NCBI GenBank assembly: GCA_963765815.1
Contig: CAVXXT010000008.1
Span: forward strand, 628,091 to 692,090
Length of the DNA: 64,000 nucleotides
Direction: 5' to 3'
Origin: an uncultured Actinomycetota bacterium
GTDB taxonomy: Bacteria; Actinomycetota; Actinomycetes; BP-191
Position 1 is the stretch's first letter; every line of letters starts with the position of its first letter. The notes under the pieces were generated by a model. The model saw only the letters and a program-made list of their open reading frames with translations. It was not told the DNA's origin and ran no database searches. Both the position numbers and the translations under genes were made by a program. Positions 58,484-64,000 of the stretch are shown here, one piece after another.

Positions 58484-58587
58484 CTGTGAAACTCACAGGA
58501 AACCGACGGGAAATTGCCGGGATGCCGGGGTAGGCGCGCGGTCGGCGGATGTAGAAACTCACAGGCACGCCCCCGACGCCCTGTGAG
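58484..58587. promoter_or_regulatory. Four CTGTGA/TCACAG half-sites upstream of the ABC importer
   Basis: CTGTGA-AAC-TCACAG (58484-58498); GAAACTCACAGG repeated at 58488 and 58554; CTCACAGG/CCTGTGAG stem at 58558-58587. Confidence 0.55.
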
Positions 58588-58593
58588 GCCTGC

Positions 58594-60075
58594 ATGCGAC
58601 CGACGTTCACCCGCCGCCTGACGATCGCCGCGATGGCGGGGGCGATGCTGCTGTCCGCGTGCTCCGGCGCCAAGGTCCCGCAGGCCGAGCCGGACACGTC
58701 GGGCGGGTCCGAGAGCACGTCGGACCTGGTGACCGACCCGTCGGCGAGCGCCTCGCCCGGCGCTGCGGCCTCTGCCGCGGCGAGCGCGTCCGCCGCGGCC
58801 AAGCCCGGCGCGACCGTCAAGCCGGGCACGAAGCCCGGCCCGGCCGGGGCCAGCGCCTCGACCGGGCGTCCGCCCGGCGGCACGTCGGGCGGCGGGCAGA
58901 CGACCAAGACCGGCAAGGACGTCGTCCTGTGGACCGGAGCGGACAACACCAAGGGCATCACGTCCAACTCGATCACGATGTGCGCGCACGCGGCGCTCAC
59001 CTACGGCGCGGCGTTCAACACCACCAAGGACGACTTCAACGTCTACTGGTCCGCGGTCAACGACGCCGGCGGCATCTTCGGTCGCAAGGTCGACGTGACC
59101 TACGAGAACGACAACTACACGCCGACCGACGCGATCACGGCCGCGACCAACTGCGAGGCCAAGAACCCGTTCATGCTGATCGGCGGCATCGGCTTCGACC
59201 AGATCCCCGCGGTCCGCAACTGGGCCGAGGACCACAAGATGCTGTACCTCCACCACGCCGCCACCGTGAAGGGCAGCGAGGGCAAGAAGTACTCGTTCAC
59301 CGCGCTGCCCACGGTGGAGAAGCTCGGCGAGGCCTTCGGTGAGCTCGCGCTGCAGAAGTACAAGGGCAAGAAGATCGGCATCATCCACCGGGACAGCGTC
59401 AACTGGGATCCGGGGTACGACGCGTTCAAGTCGCCTACGCGAAGGCGCACGGGCTGAACATCGTGGCCGAGGCGAAGTCGCAGAACGACCACAACCACCT
59501 CCAGCGGGTGCTGACCATCAAGGACGCCGGCGCCGAGGTCGTGTGGCTCTGGGAGAACGCCCTGGTGTCGACGGAGGTCATCACCACCGCCGACCAGCAG
59601 CAGTACCGACCGCAGTGGCTGCTCTTCCCGTTCAACCTGACGACGCAGACGCTGAAGGACGCAGGCATCCGGGCCGACATGCTCGGGATCGCCGCGTGGC
59701 CGGCCTACAGCAAGGGCGACTACAGCGGGCCGTTCGCGCCGTACGCCGCTGACATCAAGCTGTTCGAGCAGCAGTACGCGAAGTACCGGCCGAACGCCGA
59801 CATCGACGGCGTCGGCGGCGACCTGCTGTTCCTCAACTGGGTCGGCAGAAGGCGCTGCACGAGATGCTACATCGCCTGCGGCAAGGACTGCACCCGCAAC
59901 AAGTTCGTCAGCCTCATGCACAACGGCTACAAGGCGACGGCGCAGCGGCTGCAGCATCGACTTCAGCCGCGACCCGCACCGCGGCAGCTACCAGTTCAAC
60001 GTGTTGGAGACGTACGACTCGCCGTCCGGCAAGCGGAACTGGCGGCCGATGGCCACCTGCCGCGAGCACCTCTAA
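58594..60075 (+). CDS. LIV-type ABC substrate-binding lipoprotein, about 3 frameshifts (about 59435, 59850, 59945)
   Basis: Lipobox LLSAC, A/K/P/T linker, AVNDAGGIFGRKV, ENDNY; continues in other frames to TAA at 60075. Confidence 0.8.
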
Positions 60076-60084
60076 GCGCCCGGG

Positions 60085-60960
60085 ATGGCGCGCGTCCTGG
60101 TCCTCGGGCTCATCAACGGCGGCATCTACGGGCTGCTCGCGCTCGGCATCGTGCTCGTCTACCGCGGCTCGCGGGTGCTCAACTTCGCGCAGGGCGAGAT
60201 CGGCACCGTCGGCCTCTACCTCGCGTTCTGGCTCTCGGTGAAGCACTCCCTGCCGTTCTGGGTCGGCGCGCTCGGCGCGATCGCCGTGGCGGTCGCCATC
60301 GGCCTGACCTTCGAGTGGCTCGTCGTCCGGCGGATGATCGAGGGCACTCGGCTCGCCGTGGCCGTGGGCACGGTCGGCCTGCTGCTTTTCCTCATCCAGC
60401 TGGAGCTGCAGCTGTTCAGCGGGTCGCCCCGGCTGCCGGCCATCCCGATCAAGGGCGCCGGCTTCGACGTGGCCGGGGTCATCGTGAGCCGCACCCAGGT
60501 GCTCTCCCTGGTCGTCGTCGTCGTGGTCGCCGCCGCACTCACCGCCCTGCTGCGGCGCACCGACTTCGGCCTCGGCGTCCTCGCCTCGGCCGACGACCCG
60601 GTGGCCGTGCGCCTGGTCGGGGTCCGGCTCTGGCGGGTCTCGGCGTTCACCTGGGGCCTCGGCGCCGCGCTGTCGGCGATCGCCGCGCTGCTCATCGCGC
60701 CGACGGTCGGCGTGTTCACGCCGGGCTTCGCCAGCGAGATGTTCGTCAAGGCGCTGGCTGCGGCGCTGATCGGCGGCCTGGTCAGCCTGCCCGGCGCGTT
60801 CGTCGGCGGGATCGCGGTCGGGCTGATCGAGTCCGGAGCGCTCAAGCTCTTCAACAACAGCGCGCTGCCCGGCATCGAGATCCTCGCGGTCTTCGTCACC
60901 ATCGTCGTGGTGCTGGTGGTACGACCCCAAGGACTGCTCGGCTCGAAGGCGGCAGCGTGA
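60085..60960 (+). CDS. Branched-chain amino acid-type ABC permease (LivH-like)
   Basis: GLINGGIYGLLALG, LNFAQGE, AALIGGL..LPGA, RPQGLLG motifs. Confidence 0.92.
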   Translation: MARVLVLGLINGGIYGLLALGIVLVYRGSRVLNFAQGEIGTVGLYLAFWLSVKHSLPFWVGALGAIAVAVAIGLTFEWLVVRRMIEGTRLAVAVGTVGLLLFLIQLELQLFSGSPRLPAIPIKGAGFDVAGVIVSRTQVLSLVVVVVVAAALTALLRRTDFGLGVLASADDPVAVRLVGVRLWRVSAFTWGLGAALSAIAALLIAPTVGVFTPGFASEMFVKALAAALIGGLVSLPGAFVGGIAVGLIESGALKLFNNSALPGIEILAVFVTIVVVLVVRPQGLLGSKAAA

Positions 60961-62852
60961 GCGCCCTGGCCTTCGGCGGCGCCGCCGACCGGGTGCCGCT
61001 CGCCGCGCGCCGGCTGGTGATCGTCGTCCTGCTCGGCGCGCTTCCGCCGCTGCTCTCCCGAGCTCATGTTCCCGGCCTCGGCGAGCCGGGGTCGCTGACC
61101 CTCGGCATCGGCGCCTGCTACGCGGTCGCGGCGCTCTCGCTCAACCTGGTCATGGGCTACGCCGGGCAGATCTCGCTCGGTCACTTCGCGCTGCTCGGCG
61201 TCGGCGCGTTCACCAGCGGCCTGCTCACCAACGCGACCAAAGCCGGCCTCCCGTTCGCCTTCGCGCTGCCGGTCGCGGTCGTGATGGGGGCGCTGGTCGC
61301 GCTGGTCGTCGGCGTGCCGGCACTGCGTCTGCGCGGGCTCTACCTGGCGATCGCGACCATCGGCTTCTCCTACGCGATGGAGCGATCGCTCTTCCGGGCC
61401 AAGGCTTTCACCGGCGGAACAGCCGGCCTGGAGCTGCCGCGCCCGCTGGCCGGCACGTTCCTCTTCTCGCGCAACGCCGACTACCTCGCGATCGTGCTGG
61501 TGCTGCTCGCCCTCGCGTGCTTCGTCGACAGCAACGTGACGCGCACCAAGCTCGGCCGCGCGTTCCACGCCGTGCGCTCCGACGAGGCGGTCGCGGCGTC
61601 GTTCGGCGTCAACGTCGCCCGGCACAAGCTCCTCGCGTTCGTGGTCAGCGGCGGCCTCGCCGGGCTGGCCGGCGCGATGTACGGCCACCTCTACACCTTC
61701 GTCAACAGCGAGACCTTCGGGTACGCCTACTCGCTGCTGCTCGTCGTCATCGTCGTCGTCGGCGGGCTCGGCAGCCGGACCGGTGTCGTCGTGTCGGCGT
61801 TCGGCTACGCCCTGCTGCCGCGGCTGCTTCAGGCTGTGCTCGGCATCGAGCGGATCGGCTGGGCGCCGGTCATCGGCGCCGCGATGCTGATGCTGACGGT
61901 CGCGATCAACCCGGGCGGCATCGCCCAGGCGATGAAGGAGAACGAGGAGCGCAAGGAGATCCGCCGCCGGCGGGCCGAGACCGACACCGGCGACGAGCCG
62001 CAGCTGCCCACCCTGCCCGACCTGCCGCGACCGACCGGTCTCCCCGCGCGTACGGCGGAGGCGGCCGGCCAGTCGCTGCTCGAGGTGCGCGATGTCTCGG
62101 TCCGCTTCGGCGGACTGCAGGCGGTCGACGGCGCATCCCTCGACGTGCCGCGCGGCCGGATCGTCGGCCTGATCGGACCCAACGGGGCGGGCAAGACGAC
62201 GTTGTTCAACGTCGTCTCGGGGCACATCCGGCCGCAGGGCGGCAGCGTCCGGCTGCTCGGGCGCGACGTGTCCTCGCTGCCCGCGCACGCGCGCGCGGCG
62301 ATCGGGCTCGGCCGCACCTTCCAGCTGATCGGGCTGGCGAAGGACCTCTCGGTCACGGAGAACCTGCTGCTCGCGCAGCACAGCGTCGCCCACTACTCCA
62401 CGCCCGAGGCGCTGGTGCACCTCGGCCGGACCGGAGGGGTCGAGCGCGAGCTGCGGCAGCGGGCTCGCGAGGCGATCGCCGCACTCGGGTTCGAGCGGTA
62501 CGCCGACGCGCCGGTGCGCGTCCTGTCCCACGGCCAGCAGCGCATCGTCGAGATCGGCTGCGTCCTGGTCACGGCCCCTGAGCTGGTCATGCTCGACGAG
62601 CCGTCGGCCGGCATGTCGCCGGGCGCCGCGGAGAACCTCGCGGTCCGACTCCGCGACATCCGCGACCAGCTCGGCCGCACCGTGCTGCTGATCGAGCACA
62701 ACATCCCGCTCGTCCTCGACGTGTGCGACGACCTCTACGTCCTCTCCGCCGGCCAGGTCATCGCGTCCGGCCCGGCAGCCGAGGTCGCGTCGATGCCCCA
62801 GGTCGTCGCCGCCTACTTCGGCGCCGAGGCACCCGAGCCGGTGATGGCATGA
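60957..62852 (+). CDS. Fused LivM-like permease + LivG-like ATPase
   Basis: GYAGQISLGH, LRLRGLYLAIAT motifs; GPNGAGKT, LSHGQQR, LDEPSAG motifs. Confidence 0.92.
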   Translation: MSALAFGGAADRVPLAARRLVIVVLLGALPPLLSRAHVPGLGEPGSLTLGIGACYAVAALSLNLVMGYAGQISLGHFALLGVGAFTSGLLTNATKAGLPFAFALPVAVVMGALVALVVGVPALRLRGLYLAIATIGFSYAMERSLFRAKAFTGGTAGLELPRPLAGTFLFSRNADYLAIVLVLLALACFVDSNVTRTKLGRAFHAVRSDEAVAASFGVNVARHKLLAFVVSGGLAGLAGAMYGHLYTFVNSETFGYAYSLLLVVIVVVGGLGSRTGVVVSAFGYALLPRLLQAVLGIERIGWAPVIGAAMLMLTVAINPGGIAQAMKENEERKEIRRRRAETDTGDEPQLPTLPDLPRPTGLPARTAEAAGQSLLEVRDVSVRFGGLQAVDGASLDVPRGRIVGLIGPNGAGKTTLFNVVSGHIRPQGGSVRLLGRDVSSLPAHARAAIGLGRTFQLIGLAKDLSVTENLLLAQHSVAHYSTPEALVHLGRTGGVERELRQRAREAIAALGFERYADAPVRVLSHGQQRIVEIGCVLVTAPELVMLDEPSAGMSPGAAENLAVRLRDIRDQLGRTVLLIEHNIPLVLDVCDDLYVLSAGQVIASGPAAEVASMPQVVAAYFGAEAPEPVMA

Positions 62853-63787
62853 CGACCGCGCTGCCGAGAAGCCGGCCACGGCCGCGTCCGCCGGCCCCCT
62901 CGGTCCGGACGTCTCGCGAGCTGCTCCAGGTCGACCACGTCACGACCGGCTTCGGCGCCACGACGGTCCTGCACGGTCTGGCGTACGCCGTGCGGCAGGG
63001 CGAGATCGTCGGCATCTTCGGCCTCAACGGCGCGGGCAAGAGCGTGTCGATGAAGGTGCTCGCCGGGATCGTGCCGGCGTGGTCCGGCCAGGTGATCCTC
63101 GCCGGGCAGGACATCACCCGGGCCTCCGCCGAGGAGCGCGTCGAGCTCGGCATCGGCCACGTCCCCCAGGGCCGCCAGGTCTTCAAGGCGCTCTCCGTCG
63201 AGCAGAACCTCCGGCTCGGCGCCTACACGCTGCGCCGGCGCAATCGCAGCCGCTACGCCGGTGTGCTGGACGGGGTCTACGACCGGTTCCCGATCCTCGC
63301 GGAGCGGCGCACCCAGCTGGCCGGCACGATGAGCGGCGGCCAGCAGGCATCGCTCGCGGTGGCCCGCGCGCTGATGTCGGAGCCGAAGTTGCTCTGCATC
63401 GACGAGCCCTCGGCCGGCCTCGCGCCGCTCGTCGTGCAGGAGCTCCTCGAGACCCTGCGCGCGGTGGCGGCCACCGGGATGACGATGGTCCTCGTCGAGC
63501 AGAACGTCGCCTTCGGCCTGCAGCTCGCCGACACCGTCAACATCCTGCAGACCGGCCGCATCGTGCACTCCGGCCCGGCGGCCGACGTCGACTCGGCGAC
63601 GCTCGCGCAGTACCTCGGCGTCGGTCGGCTGCTCACCAAGGGCGCCGCCGGTGCGGTGGCGACCCGACGACCTGCCGCGGCGAAGCCCGCCGTCAAGAAG
63701 CCCACCGCGAAGAAGCCCACCGTGAAGAAGACGGCGAAGAAGCCGGCGCGCACGTCGGCGGCGAGCAAGACGGCTTCCGATGAGTGA
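62849..63787 (+). CDS. LivF-like ABC ATPase with Lys-rich C-terminal tail
   Basis: GLNGAGKS, HVPQGRQVF, MSGGQQ, IDEPSAGLAP, VEQN motifs; tail KKPTAKKPTVKKTAKKP. Confidence 0.92.
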   Translation: MTTALPRSRPRPRPPAPSVRTSRELLQVDHVTTGFGATTVLHGLAYAVRQGEIVGIFGLNGAGKSVSMKVLAGIVPAWSGQVILAGQDITRASAEERVELGIGHVPQGRQVFKALSVEQNLRLGAYTLRRRNRSRYAGVLDGVYDRFPILAERRTQLAGTMSGGQQASLAVARALMSEPKLLCIDEPSAGLAPLVVQELLETLRAVAATGMTMVLVEQNVAFGLQLADTVNILQTGRIVHSGPAADVDSATLAQYLGVGRLLTKGAAGAVATRRPAAAKPAVKKPTAKKPTVKKTAKKPARTSAASKTASDE

Positions 63788-64000
63788 GGGCGCCGTCCGA
63801 CGGCTGCGCTCCGCACCCCCGTCGACGGGTCCGGCGGCGGTGGCCGCGAGGGTCCTGCGCGACATCGACGACCTGGTCGCCACCATCGGCGACGCCCTGC
63901 AGAGCGAGATCTCCGAGTACGGCGCGATGTCGGCGGCCGCGATGTCGGAGGACGTGCTGCCGGTCACCCGCCGGGTCGTGTCGACGTTCTTCGACACGGT
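63780..64000 (+). CDS. Partial gene, possibly the N-terminus of a PucR/CdaR-type regulator
   Basis: ATG overlaps the livF end; VLRDIDDLVATIGDALQSEISEY resembles helical N-termini of such regulators; truncated before any HTH. Confidence 0.4.
   Translation, partial: MSEGAVRRLRSAPPSTGPAAVAARVLRDIDDLVATIGDALQSEISEYGAMSAAAMSEDVLPVTRRVVSTFFDT

Noticed and set aside
58484-58498. CRP/GlxR site
   Set aside because: TGTGA and TCACA are separated by 3 nt, not the required 6
1-64000. tRNA, rRNA, integrase or prophage genes
   Set aside because: No T-loop or cloverleaf, rRNA-like segment, recombinase or phage structural motif was found

Overview
Chromosomal segment of a high-GC actinomycete (roughly 70-75% GC by eye). 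Region 0.5-30 kb is a large cell-surface glycan locus: wzm/wzt ABC exporter, about 12 GT2/GT4 glycosyltransferases, two SAM methyltransferases, a YfhO-type GT-C protein, a flippase-like protein, a SpoIID/LytB hydrolase, wbbL and manC. It is interrupted by accessory genes: an orphan GAF histidine kinase, an M20 hydrolase, Uma2, a DinB gene with an amber stop, and a DUF222-HNH endonuclease with a perfect LexA box. Region 31-58 kb follows the familiar actinobacterial backbone (alkA-like, cofE/cofD, whiB, GT2, DUF5719, zincin, DUF3499, manB, Trm112, SIS, CDF, ahcY, RDD, SpoIIM) with departures: fbiC sits next to cofD/cofE, manA is missing while the SIS protein keeps PGI/PMI catalytic motifs, and ahcY is the short type with a divergent MerR gene. 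Region 58.6-64 kb is a LIV-type ABC importer plus a partial regulator. No rRNA, tRNA, CRISPR array, transposase or integrase was seen. About 20 frameshifts cluster at 28-36.2 kb and 59.4-60 kb and are probably assembly errors. The least explained signal is a set of intergenic ~50-nt inverted repeats, several with an invariant 29-nt variable spacer, one of which flanks the SOS-controlled HNH gene. No complete novel system can be proven from sequence alone.
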